Source: Caecitellus pseudoparvulus (Eukaryota; Protista; Bigyra: Bicosoecida). From it: a stretch of 64,000 nucleotides of DNA. The notes below the pieces were generated by a model. It had not been told where the DNA came from. It was given only the letters and a program-made list of their open reading frames with translations, and made no database searches. Position 1 is the first letter of the stretch. Each line of letters begins with the position of its first letter. The stretch covers positions 1 through 64,000 of the forward strand of contig CBFFRQ010000031.1 in assembly GCA_965644315.1 (NCBI GenBank). The letters run 5' to 3'. Below are positions 1-10,483 of this stretch, piece by piece. The translations under genes and the position numbers were made by a program.

Positions 1-1147
1 AACCCTAACCCTAACCCTAACCCTAACCCTAACCCTAACCCTAACCCTAACCCTAACCCTAACCCTAACCCTAACCCTAACCCTAACCCTAACCCTAACC
101 CTAACCCTAACCCTAACCCTAACCCTAACCCTAACCCTAACCCTAACCCTAACCCTAACCCTAACCCTAACCCTAACCCTAACCCTAACCCTAACCCTAA
201 CCCTAACCCTAACCCTAACCCTAACCCTAACCCTAACCCTAACCCTAACCCTAACCCTAACCCTAACCCTAACCCTAACCCTAACCCTAACCCTAACCCT
301 AACCCTAACCCTAACCCTAACCCTAACCCTAACCCTAACCCTAACCCTAACCCTAACCCTAACCCTAACCCTAACCCTAACCCTAACCCTAACCCTAACC
401 CTAACCCTAACCCTAACCCTAACCCTAACCCTAACCCTAACCCTAACCCTAACCCTAACCCTAACCCTAACCCTAACCCTAACCCTAACCCTAACCCTAA
501 CCCTAACCCTAACCCTAACCCTAACCCTAACCCTAACCCTAACCCTAACCCTAACCCTAACCCTAACCCTAACCCTAACCCTAACCCTAACCCTAACCCT
601 AACCCTAACCCTAACCCTAACCCTAACCCTAACCCTAACCCTAACCCTAACCCTAACCCTAACCCTAACCCTAACCCTAACCCTAACCCTAACCCTAACC
701 CTAACCCTAACCCTAACCCTAACCCTAACCCTAACCCTAACCCTAACCCTAACCCTAACCCTAACCCTAACCCTAACCCTAACCCTAACCCTAACCCTAA
801 CCCTAACCCTAACCCTAACCCTAACCCTAACCCTAACCCTAACCCTAACCCTAACCCTAACCCTAACCCTAACCCTAACCCTAACCCTAACCCTAACCCT
901 AACCCTAACCCTAACCCTAACCCTAACCCTAACCCTAACCCTAACCCTAACCCTAACCCTAACCCTAACCCTAACCCTAACCCTAACCCTAACCCTAACC
1001 CTAACCCTAACCCTAACCCTAACCCTAACCCTAACCCTAACCCTAACCCTAACCCTAACCCTAACCCTAACCCTAACCCTAACCCTAACCCTAACCCTAA
1101 CCCTAACCCTAACCCTAACCCTAACCCTAACCCTAACCCTAACCTAA
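1..1147. repeat. Terminal telomere tract (CCCTAA)n / (TTAGGG)n, ~190 units
   Basis: Uninterrupted AACCCT hexamers from base 1 to 1140, then a variant AACCTAA. The C-rich strand on + marks a left chromosome end. Confidence 0.99.
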
Positions 1148-1372
1148 ACTTTCCAAATGTCAAGCTAATCACAAGTTGTGAAGTGCTAACATTGCCTAAT
1201 CCAGGCGCTCGTGCACCCAAGTGTGGTGTTGCACAGTGCTTGCTGGTTGGGTGGTGCGCACCGGGGCGGGGTAGTGCGAATTCCGCACACCATCGCACCG
1301 TGGCTCCCAGTTTGCGCCCTCGGTCGGGGCATGCACCTGGGATCGACATCAAAAGCATCATTGACAAGCATC

Positions 1373-3456
1373 ATGAACGCCCAAGTGGATCAAGTCCTGG
1401 GGGTCCTCTTCGTGGAGGGGTGCCTGAAGCGCAAGCAAGTGCTCGGCCCCAGAACAGGTGTCTTCACTGACATGCCACGTCGGGGTGCCGCACGCACCTT
1501 CGAGCTTGGAGGACCCCTGCCCAAGACTGATCATGATAGTTCATCTTCGGCACGGGACATGTGGCTCGAGGTCTATGGGGAAGCCGCCGAACGGCTGATC
1601 CCAGGGCTGAGTGCGGAATTCGGCAACGCCAATGCGGCCCTGCGCCAGGGACCCACCGGATCGCCAACCATCCTCGTCACGCTCGGAAGTGAGGGTGATT
1701 CACCAACAGTGGCACGTCAACTTCGCATTCTTGCTGCTCAAGAGGACGACTTCGCCATTCGAGTCGGCCAAGGTGGGTTCGTCGCCGTGGCCTACACCAA
1801 CACCAAGCAGTTCGCATCGGCGAAGGCGAAAGTGAAGGTGAAGGCCCACCCCACCGCCATCCAAGTGGCCCACCAAGTGACCAAGGAAGCAACCGAAATC
1901 GCCTGCCAGTCAGGTGATGTTGCCAAGGTCATGTGCCTCGTTAGGTCCCACTTCGACCATGGCCCCGTGCCAGCCCAAGCCGTCCGTCCCAGTGTCAGAC
2001 AATCCGTCCCCTCCGAGGGTGATGCACCTGTCGACACCAAGACACCATCGACCTGGACTGACACTCAGCTCGACAAGGCACCGAAGAAGAAGAAGACCCG
2101 TCGAGGCAAGCGAGGAAAGGGCAAGTCAGCCGGACGATCCCTCACCTTCGAGGACGTCTTCATCAAGAACGTCCGGCCACCTGCACCTCGACCAACCTCA
2201 CCACCTGCCACCCAAGGCTCACCCAAAGATACCGTCACCACCCCTGTGGTGCATGCCATGTTGCCTTCATCAAGGGTGCAGCGGGGCGTCGACCGCAAGT
2301 GGCCGTCCCCCACCCCGTCGGGCGAGGCAAGCCCCGAGGTGCACCGGTATCGGCCGTCTGCAGCAGCAGCATGGGAGGTGATCACAAGGGTGGTGCCTCT
2401 TCATGACAGTGTGCGGACACCCGAGCACCTGGCCGAGTACCCCATCAAGCCTGGCCCTCTGGCCGACCTGCTGTCATCGACCCACGTGTACTCTAACGTG
2501 GGGGGCGGGCCTGTGTCCAGGCCTGTCTCGAGACGGCAGCAGGGGAGAGGGTCTTCGAGGCTGGGGACCTCCTCCTACTCCAGCATGCAGCCACCATCAA
2601 CGCTGCCCAGCTTGCCTTCAAGCACATGGTCAGGCAGCTGGAGGGGGTGGTCAGTGACTCGTCCAGCTCGGACATCATGGACGTCGGCCAGAAGCCACCC
2701 TCCCCCTTCCGCTCAGACGGGCAACGGGTGGCCGTCTTCCGCAACATGCTGCACCAGCACTCGCCGGATGACACCTTCCTGGCCCCAGGTACACCACCAG
2801 TCCTGCTTCCCGGCCTGCACCTGCTCATCGACCGCATCAACCAAGGGTACCGTGCCCCAGCCGGGCATGATGACCTTGGCCAGGCCGGCGTCGACCCCAG
2901 CCAGGTTGATGAAGAGGGTGACCAAGAGGGGCACCTCGACGGAGTGCTGTATGCCTTCGCACTTCGAGAGGTGTGGACCGACAACACGGCCCATCTGCAG
3001 CTCATCCTCGTCGACCATGATCGAGGCAAGCTGGTGCTGTGGAACCCCGACATCCCTGACCTCCATGACGAGCTGCCCCTGCACAAGTGCATGACCCGGC
3101 TGGCAGCCGAAGGCATCAACGTCTTGTACCGGATCTGGACCACACCCGAGGCGGGCAGTCCAGCACCCTTCCGGGACAGGCTTCGAGGGGCACTCCAGTC
3201 TCTCCGAGATGACTTCCCCCCCCTGCCTCACAAGGCCACCGACGGCACCGTGCACCCCCAGACCCTCATCGCTGGCAAGGGCACAAGGGTGGCCATGCCT
3301 CATGGGCGGATGACCCGACAGCAGGCCGCCACCCTGGAGGCTGAGGTCAAGGACCCCCTCAAGCGGCTGGTGCCTGAAGACGGCGAGGGTCGCCTGCCCA
3401 AGGTCAAGGATGTGCCCCACATCTCGATCGGGCAGATGGGTGGACGCCTGATGTAA
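1373..3456 (+). CDS. Unit A protein of unknown function (ORF1/Gag-like candidate), split by a -1 frameshift at the G-run 2500-2505
   Basis: The 1211..3094 frame reads protein-like from the ATG at 1373 to ~2500, including a basic KAPKKKKTRRGKRGKGK patch, then turns Ser/Pro-rich. The frame of ORF 2626..3456 is open from the G-run (GRACVQACLETAAGERVFEAG...). Joined length is ~690 aa. Confidence 0.5.
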
Positions 3457-3870
3457 GTCACCTGTGGGGGCATACTCCCTGTGCCACACATGACTGAAGC
3501 TTTGTGTCGCGACCGACGCACATAGCTGACATCGGACATTGGAAAGTCCAACCCAACCTCACCATCACCAACCCAACATCGATACCAACACATCAGGACT
3601 CGGCTCAGTGGAAGGGGAAGGCACTTGCAGCAAGATCTGTGAGGCCGCCCCCAAACCTGAGCCGAAGGGACAGCCGGGCTGGGTCGTGTGCTTGCATCTC
3701 AGCAACACCCAGTCCGTGTCGAGTCCATATCCTCCAGCCCACACCGCCACCCAAGCCAAGCAAGTCGGGTCTCCACCCCTGGACATCGGACCGAGACGGA
3801 CGAGACTGGACTGGACGGACAAGACAAGAGTGGACCGAGACCTGGACCTACACCTCAAGACCATCCCACC

Positions 3871-4090
3871 GGGGCGGGCGCTGAAGCGCCAAGACAGACG
3901 GCGACTTATACAACGGACACGAGTCTGTGCTAGTCGCAAAGCCGTGCAAGCGGTGCCGTCGTGGTGTCTGTGTCACTGCATTCTGTTGTGGCGCAGGTGG
4001 CACCACATGTCCAAGCCCAAGCTGTACCATGATGTAGCCTGCATGGAGGCAATCTGCAATGCATTGAGTAGCTAACCCTAACCCTAACCT
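3871..4090 (+). ncRNA. Structured RNA module, copy 1, ending in telomeric C-strand repeats
   Basis: Hairpins GGCGC-TGAA-GCGCC, ACGGAC-ACGA-GTCTGT, CCGT-GCAA-GCGG, GTGGTGTC..GGCACCAC and CCATG..CATGG, then AATGCATT-N6-CTAACCCTAACC. Homologous to 9270-9460 and 11669-11875. Confidence 0.8.
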
Positions 4091-4094
4091 TCGG

Positions 4095-7000
4095 GTGAAG
4101 CTTGGCATACGATCTCATGCAAGAGTCTCATCAGCACGACAGGTAGCCGCTCCGCCCTGGTGGTCTTCAGCAACCGAAGAAGGGAAGGTCGCACAGCAGA
4201 CCTTCAGGACGTGCCTCGATGAGGCGACGAGGATGGAAGAGGCACAGCATCCCCCCACCTCTGCCTGGACTCTACAGTGCATGAACACTGCGATTGCCCA
4301 AGCTGCGAAAGAAGCTCACGCAATCTCAAGAGTGCCCCGGACTGAGCTCCCACAACCGCAAACCGCCATCCAAACCCAAAGCCGAGTAAAGAAGCGCATG
4401 ACAGCGCGAGTGTCGCAAATCAAAAGAATTCGAGAGCGGGTCAAGCGGCGTCTAGTGCTGATCCAATCTGGAGGAGCGATGGCCCCAGCCTCTCTCAAAC
4501 TCCAAGTACAGGAGCAACTCTCAATGCTGGAGGAAGATGAGAGCAGCTGTCTGAGGGAGAGAAAGACGGCAATGCGCACCTGCACCCGACTCACTGCCAA
4601 GCTGAGGAAGAAGACCCTTGCTTGTGTCAAAGCACGCATCAAAGACCTGGCTAAGTCTGACCCCTTCAAAGCTCATGTGCACATCCGCCGGCTTTCAGGG
4701 AGGCCGCGCAACTCGGGCAGCTCGGCAATATCTTCAGTCATGACAGACACAGGATCCCTCAGCTCAGATCCTGACACACTACGTCAAGAGGTGGCGAAAC
4801 AAATGGGTGCCATCATCAGCAAACCTACTCTCCCTCGCACACCACTGAAGTATGGACTTGGTCGATTCCTTCCTTCATCAACTCCGGAGTTCCAGCCCCC
4901 AGAAGACTGGCTTCCAAACACATCAGAGGTCCTCCGCTGTATAACAGCACTGAGCCTGCACCGCCACCCCGGCTCAGGAAAGTTTCAGGCGGAGCATATC
5001 AAATACGCAAGCACACCCTTTCGCCTTGCATATGCTCAGACCTTGATCAACTCCCTGTCAAGCGGAACGTGCCCTGAGCTGTACCATGATGGAATAGGTA
5101 CCCTGATCCCGAAGAAGACGAGCGAGGTGGGCCGGCCGGCATCCTACAGACTGATTGTCTGTAGGCCAGCCCCTGCAAAGCTGTTCTTCTCAGCAGTGGC
5201 GGCCTCCCTGGAAAAGTGGATGTCCAGCTGGATATCTCCTGAGCAGGCAGGCTTCACAGCCCGACGCAACACTCACGAACAAGTCATCGCTCTCCAAGAA
5301 GCAGTCAAAGGGCATTTGCGACACTCACCTTCAACTCGACAAGTCCTTATCTTGTTTGTTGATTTCAAAGGGGCGTTTGACTCGGTCAGCCATTCTTGCA
5401 TCACGGAGATCCTCAGAGATGCAAAAGTCCCTGCTCCGCTCCTCAATCTGGTCAACAGCTACATGCACAAAGCTACCGTCTCCATCAACACGGCAGCAGG
5501 ACTCTGCCCCCCCCTGCGTGTCACAACGGGTGTTCCCCAAGGGGGTGCTCTTTCACCACTGCTCTTCAAGATTGCAATCGACGTTGTCTCAAAGCGCCTG
5601 GCAGAACTCCCGCAACAAGGGGTCCAAGGCACAGGTATCTCAACTCCTGACGGATACCTCACACACACGTTGTATGCTGACGACTTGGCGTGCTTAGCAA
5701 CCACCCCATCAGGACTGCATCGAATGTTCAAAGAGGTCAAGACAATTGGAGAACGATCAGGGTTGCTGATAAACCCCCGGAAGAGTGGGGTGATGATCAT
5801 CCCTGGTCGTGACGGGACCTCATCACAACACACCAGCGACAGACAGAAGGCCCTGTGGAGATCGAAGTACCTGAGAAGTGGTGAAGAGCTGAAAGTGAAC
5901 GGCACACCCATCATTCGAACTCCCACGTACATGTACCTTGGAGTCCCCATGGCTGAGAACCTCATCCGGTCCAGAGCACTTGCACTTGAGAAGGCGCAGA
6001 TGGCCTGCACACATGCTGGGTTCTCCTGTGGAGCGGTCTTCTCAGGGGCCTGGCTAGGAGTGAAGCTGAAGAACCAGATTGGAAGAGCTATTGTCACATC
6101 CTCAGCCGACTATGTCCTGTGCACACAAGCCAACAGCCTCTTGATACCTCTGCGACAGGTTGACCGGGGCGTGTCCAAAGCCCTGAGCAAGAGCCTTCTC
6201 TGCACACAGAGCTCACTCATGAGGCCACACAGTGCCGCAACACTCGCACTATGCGGTATCAAACCAGCCCACATCAGGTCAACTCAGCTTCGTGTGAACC
6301 TCTTCCGAAAGATGCTTGCACGCCTCCATGATCGCTCCCCCTTGGCAAAGTCCCTCCTCCTCACCATTCCCCAAGCCATAGACATGCTACCACCAAGCAT
6401 CTCGACCGCGTTCGTTGTCCAAAGCACTGTACAACTGCAGCACCACCAAGCCAAACAAACGCCACTACCTTGGGCACTGTTTGGGATCCTTGACCTATGG
6501 ATGTATGGATGTCTGCCCGATCTGAACGATCTGAAAGATGCTTGCCTAGCAGAGGGGTCACGAAAGCAGCAAGCACTCACAGCAGTTCTCACATGTCTGA
6601 AGAAGCCACCACACTCTGCGAAGATCGAGGTGATGGGCATTGCGGTACCACCCATGGCAACTATAGACACCCCTCCGCAGTTTCAGTCACTCACATCATG
6701 GCAGACACGACACCAGGTGGTTGCCTCATATCTGCATGTGGTGCAAACCAAGCAGAGCATAGCAGCCGGCTACTCCGCATCGTCAAGACTCCCAAGCGCC
6801 ATCAAACCACGCCCTCATCATGTTGGCATTGGAGCACAACACTTCACAATGCTGCACCCGATCCCATCTGGGATCAGCCCCCTCCTGTGGGCATGCGCCG
6901 AGGACAAGCCTCTCTGCAACATGGTTCATCAGTGGCAGACACTACAACTCTTACATGGAGGGGATGACCCAACACTCTACTCGACCTGTCCACTGTGTGC

Positions 7001-7163
7001 CACTGAAGTCCCTGCAGACCTCCACCGCCACGTCATCCTCCACTGCCACAACCTCAACACACCAAGGCGAGCAGCCATTGAGAGACTTACAAATCTCCTT
7101 CAAGAATGTGAGGACGAGGCAAGCACTCCGAAGACAACTGTCCAACACCCCCTCAAGCTGTGA
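4095..7163 (+). CDS. Non-LTR (LINE-type) reverse transcriptase with C-terminal CCHC zinc knuckle; no endonuclease domain visible
   Basis: Motifs PPWW linker, SYRLI, QAGF, FVDFKGAFDSV, GVPQGGALSPLLF, YADD, GLLINPRKS, YMYLG and CPLC..HVILHC. The ORF opens right at the telomeric junction without an ATG (first ATG ~4232). Confidence 0.95.
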   Translation: MKLGIRSHARVSSARQVAAPPWWSSATEEGKVAQQTFRTCLDEATRMEEAQHPPTSAWTLQCMNTAIAQAAKEAHAISRVPRTELPQPQTAIQTQSRVKKRMTARVSQIKRIRERVKRRLVLIQSGGAMAPASLKLQVQEQLSMLEEDESSCLRERKTAMRTCTRLTAKLRKKTLACVKARIKDLAKSDPFKAHVHIRRLSGRPRNSGSSAISSVMTDTGSLSSDPDTLRQEVAKQMGAIISKPTLPRTPLKYGLGRFLPSSTPEFQPPEDWLPNTSEVLRCITALSLHRHPGSGKFQAEHIKYASTPFRLAYAQTLINSLSSGTCPELYHDGIGTLIPKKTSEVGRPASYRLIVCRPAPAKLFFSAVAASLEKWMSSWISPEQAGFTARRNTHEQVIALQEAVKGHLRHSPSTRQVLILFVDFKGAFDSVSHSCITEILRDAKVPAPLLNLVNSYMHKATVSINTAAGLCPPLRVTTGVPQGGALSPLLFKIAIDVVSKRLAELPQQGVQGTGISTPDGYLTHTLYADDLACLATTPSGLHRMFKEVKTIGERSGLLINPRKSGVMIIPGRDGTSSQHTSDRQKALWRSKYLRSGEELKVNGTPIIRTPTYMYLGVPMAENLIRSRALALEKAQMACTHAGFSCGAVFSGAWLGVKLKNQIGRAIVTSSADYVLCTQANSLLIPLRQVDRGVSKALSKSLLCTQSSLMRPHSAATLALCGIKPAHIRSTQLRVNLFRKMLARLHDRSPLAKSLLLTIPQAIDMLPPSISTAFVVQSTVQLQHHQAKQTPLPWALFGILDLWMYGCLPDLNDLKDACLAEGSRKQQALTAVLTCLKKPPHSAKIEVMGIAVPPMATIDTPPQFQSLTSWQTRHQVVASYLHVVQTKQSIAAGYSASSRLPSAIKPRPHHVGIGAQHFTMLHPIPSGISPLLWACAEDKPLCNMVHQWQTLQLLHGGDDPTLYSTCPLCATEVPADLHRHVILHCHNLNTPRRAAIERLTNLLQECEDEASTPKTTVQHPLKL

Positions 7164-7711
7164 CTAGAGCCATACGTGCCAGCTTCACTAACTTGTGCGT
7201 TCCGGAAGACCATGAAGAAGCCATGTACCGCCTCATTCTCTGTGGTCAATGGCCATGGTATTGGGGACAAGGCGATACAGGCCAACAAACATCCAGAGAG
7301 CAGGCCAGTGTGTACAGCTTCCCATACATAAGGTTCCACAAGGGGACACAGACAAGATCTCCACCCCGCTCTTGGAAGGATCTCCAGCGGCGCGCTGCTG
7401 AGTTTGCTGGGGACGCATGGCGAGCAATCGTGGCAGCCCTTCTTCGAGACAGGCACCCTGATAGACTCCATGTACATTCCCATGCAAGGCATCTCTGGTG
7501 GTCAGTGTTTGGCAGAGACACTCCACTACCTGGGCACAGAGACGCAGATCCCTCTGTAGTCACTAAGCATCCCCGACCACCCAAACCTGCAAGAATTAGA
7601 CGCTTTTTTCCAGCACGAGCCGGACAAGTACCTTCCCATGAAGGCAAGGTACAGCAAACTTTGCGGAGTATGCTTCGCCGGAACGTGGACGCTCAACACG
7701 ACAGCCCCTGA
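7112..7711 (+). CDS. Probable frameshifted C-terminal continuation of the RT protein
   Basis: The -1 frame is open from 7112, overlaps the RT stop at 7161-7163 and reads protein-like (EEAMYRLILCGQWPW...). Confidence 0.4.
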   Translation, partial: GRGKHSEDNCPTPPQAVTRAIRASFTNLCVPEDHEEAMYRLILCGQWPWYWGQGDTGQQTSREQASVYSFPYIRFHKGTQTRSPPRSWKDLQRRAAEFAGDAWRAIVAALLRDRHPDRLHVHSHARHLWWSVFGRDTPLPGHRDADPSVVTKHPRPPKPARIRRFFPARAGQVPSHEGKVQQTLRSMLRRNVDAQHDSP

Positions 7712-7832
7712 CAATTCCCGCACTCAACCACCCTCTAAAAAGTGTGGCGAGGGTCGTCATGTCCCCCCCAACCGACCCACATGCTCCTAGACACCACCTT
7801 CGATTCCAAACATTAGAACAAACAACGCCCTC

Positions 7833-8834
7833 ACAGCATACACAGGCCATGCAACCTGTCCGTTCCTGGATCCTGACCATGCAGCACCGCTGCGTGCCGC
7901 CCGTCGCCCTCCAACACCTCCTTCATGGCCAATCCGCCGGCCCACAGGCCGCCACACCATCCCATCCGGGCCACGATACTGACCTGACAGCATACACAGG
8001 CCATGCACCCTGCCTGCTACTGGATCCTGACTGCGCAGCACCGCTGCGTGCCGCCCGTCGCCCTCCAACACCTCCTTCATGGCCAATCCGCCGGCCCACA
8101 GGCCGCCACACCATCCCATCCGGGCCACGATACTGACCTGACAGCATACACAGGCCATGCACCCTGCCTGCTACTGGATCCTGACCATGCAGCACCGCTG
8201 CGTGCCGCCCGTCGCCCTCCAACACCTCCTTCATGGCCAATCCGCCGGCCCACAGGCCGCCACACCATCCCATCCGGGCCACGATACTGACCTGACATCA
8301 TACACAGGCCATGCACCCTGCCTGCTACTGGATCCTGACCATGCAGCACCGCTGCGTGCCGCCCATCGCCCTCCAACACCTCCTTCATGGCCAATCCGCC
8401 GGCCCACAGGCCGCCACACCATCCCATCCGGGCCACGATACTGACCTGACAGCATACACAGGCCATGCACCCTGCCTGCTACTGGATCCTGACCATGCAG
8501 CACCGCTGCGTGCCGCCCGTCGCTCTCCAACACCTCCTTCATGGCCAATCCGCCGGCCCACAGGCCGCCACACCATCCCATCCAGGCCACGATACTGACC
8601 TGACAGCATGCACAGGTCATGCACCCTGCCTGCTACTGGATCCTGACCATGCAGCACCGCTGCGTGCCGCCCGTCGCCCTCCAACACCTCCTTCATGGCC
8701 AATCCGCCGGCCCACAGGCCGCCACACCATCCCATCCAGGCCACGATACTGACCTGACATCATACACAGGCCATGCACCCTGCCTGCTACTGGATCCTGA
8801 CCATGCAGCACCGCTGCGTGCCGCCCGTCGCCCT
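7833..8834 (+). repeat. Tandem array, 154-bp unit, ~6.5 copies, in the 3' region of unit B
   Basis: ACAGCATACACAGGCCATGCA recurs at 7833, 7987, 8141 and onward with few substitutions. The ORF track shows the same 154-nt periodicity (8003, 8157, 8311, 8465, 8619). Confidence 0.97.
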
Positions 8835-9269
8835 GTTTGCGTTTGTCTGCTGACAGCGCACCAGCCCTCACAGCCCCAGCAAGTGGTGAAGTCAGGATCC
8901 CGTGACGCGACACGATTAAATGATGCAGGACTTGCACGATGATAACACTTTGTCCAAGCAGTTGATTTGTTCGTGCTGCAACAGTCGCTCCACAGCTCAT
9001 GGGCTCACCTGTACAATTGCGGAAAACGCACATGGATCCTTCGATTTCCGCACACGCACCTGCTCTCCAAAGCCATGAAACCGGCGCACGTGCAAAGAGA
9101 ATGCCCTTTCAGTGACTAATTTTACGTTCCTGCATAAAATGGTGTTGAGATTTTGACTGAAAAGTGTGAGCCCCGGTGTGATTGCCTGGTTTGCTGAACT
9201 ATGGCATTTACAAGTTTCGTGAATGATGGGAAAATCAGTGTTTCGAGGACCACCAAGACCTTTTCCTTT

Positions 9270-9460
9270 TGGAGCGGATACTGAAGTATCCTAGCACATG
9301 GCGACATATATAACGGACTTAAGTCTGTGTTTGTTGCAGAGCCATGCAAATGGTAGCCATGCTGATGTGAGTGACCGCCTCGCGGTTTGTAACATCTACT
9401 GTGAAGCTCCAGCTGAACCGCACATGAACAAGTGTGGAAGTGAAATGCATTACATCTGAC
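9270..9460 (+). ncRNA. Structured RNA module, copy 2, joined to the internal telomere tract
   Basis: GGATAC-TGAA-GTATCC, ACGGAC-TTAA-GTCTGT, CCAT-GCAA-ATGG, TGGAGC..GCTCCA and CCGCAC..GTGTGG, then AATGCATTACATCTGA-CTAACCC. Confidence 0.8.
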
Positions 9461-9672
9461 TAACCCTAACCCTAACCCTAACCCTAACCCTAACCCTAAC
9501 CCTAACCCTAACCCTAACCCTAACCCTAACCCTAACCCTAACCCTAACCCTAACCCTAACCCTAACCCTAACCCTAACCCTAACCCTAACCCTAACCCTA
9601 ACCCTAACCCTAACCCTAACCCTAACCCTAACCCTAACCCTAACCCTAACCCCTAACCCTAACCCTAACCCT
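9460..9672. repeat. Internal telomeric tract (~35 CCCTAA units, one CCCCTAA variant near 9650), same orientation as the terminal telomere
   Basis: Read directly from the sequence. Confidence 0.99.
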
Positions 9673-10427
9673 GCTGCTTTTTGTCCTCTTGTTGTTCCTC
9701 CTGTGAGTTCTTCAAAATATACGCAAACTTTAGCCATTAGTTCCATATTAAATTTTTCAATTAGTGGTTGAGATGATGAATTAATAACATTCTTAAGCCC
9801 TAGCATATCTTCAATAAATCTAATTAATGTAGATTTGCCGCAACCTTCAGGACCTTTTAAAACTATCATAGACGTATTTTTATTACCTTGAATCATATTA
9901 GCTATCCATTTAATTAAATAATTATAATTCTCCTCGTTTCCATTTGATAAGACACGTAAGAAATAATTTTTTAGTAAATAATCAACTTTCTCTTTTAAAT
10001 CGTCTGATGTTTGTTCGTATGGTTCAGGTTTAAATTTGAGAGGTGGTAATAAATTAAATTGGTTTTCTTTTAATTCTTCGTGATGAAATTTAACAACTGC
10101 TTTTTTAAATCCAATATATGAATTTTTGAACCAATATTTTAAAGGCTTAGGAAACACTTGTAATTTTTTATTAAAAATTTTATCAGATATGAATTTATCA
10201 TTAACTATGTATTTTTCAGCATCTTCACATTTAAAAATGGTTTTAGATATGTAAGCCTTACATTTTAATAATAAATCATCATCTGTTATATTCTTATTAC
10301 GTGCTTTTTTAACTATGTCTTCTATTGCTTCTTCTTCATACATTTTAATAAGTTTATCAATTGCGAATTTTGGTTGTTGAATATCCATTATATAATATAC
10401 TAGATAAAATATTTTTTCTTTAAACAT
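9673..10427 (-). pseudogene. D5-like superfamily 3 (primase-)helicase, C-terminally truncated; the frame runs on into telomere repeats (VRVRVR)
   Basis: NYNYLIKWIANMIQ pre-Walker helix, Walker A GPEGCGKST, Walker B VCVYFEE. The sequence is cut ~12 codons after Walker B. Alternative ATG at 10388. Confidence 0.85.
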
Positions 10428-10483
10428 ATTTTTTTATTTAGATATTTTATATTTTTAAAAATTCCTAGATAAAATATCCTAGA
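10401..10483 (-). promoter_or_regulatory. Cluster of four AT-flanked TCTA motifs resembling the CroV/mavirus late promoter
   Basis: TAGA on + at 10401, 10439, 10466 and 10480. Two lie 12-16 nt upstream of the candidate ATGs at 10388 and 10427. Confidence 0.55.

Larger units (their letters stand above)
1148..4090 (+). mobile_element. Telomere-capped unit A: ORF1-like coding region plus 3' structured module ending in telomeric repeats
   Basis: Bounded distally by the telomere and proximally by CTAACCCTAACCCTAACCT (4072-4090). Carries module copy 1 and is co-oriented with the RT unit. Confidence 0.65.
4091..9460 (+). mobile_element. Telomere-associated non-LTR retroelement (unit B), apparently 5'-truncated
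   Basis: RT ORF, long 3' region with a 154-bp tandem array, and module copy 2 joined to an internal telomere tract. Confidence 0.85.

Noticed and set aside
3871-4090. Module as a spliceosomal intron (GCTAAC looks like a branch point) or a hammerhead ribozyme
   Set aside because: No conserved GT donor or AG acceptor across copies, host introns here are ~60-80 nt, and there is no CTGANGA/GAAA hammerhead core.
4095-7163. Penelope-like or telomerase RT
   Set aside because: The motifs (QAGF, PQG..LSP.LF, YADD, YLG, CCHC) are non-LTR type, with no GIY-YIG or TERT T-motif seen.
7744-9033. Series of 95-130 aa ORFs on both strands, and a possible CRISPR-like array
   Set aside because: These are by-products of the 154-bp tandem repeat. 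The units are contiguous with no unique spacers.
9450-9672. Val-Arg dipeptide tail of ORF 9450..10427
   Set aside because: It is translation of TTAGGG repeats after the truncation, not a real protein domain.
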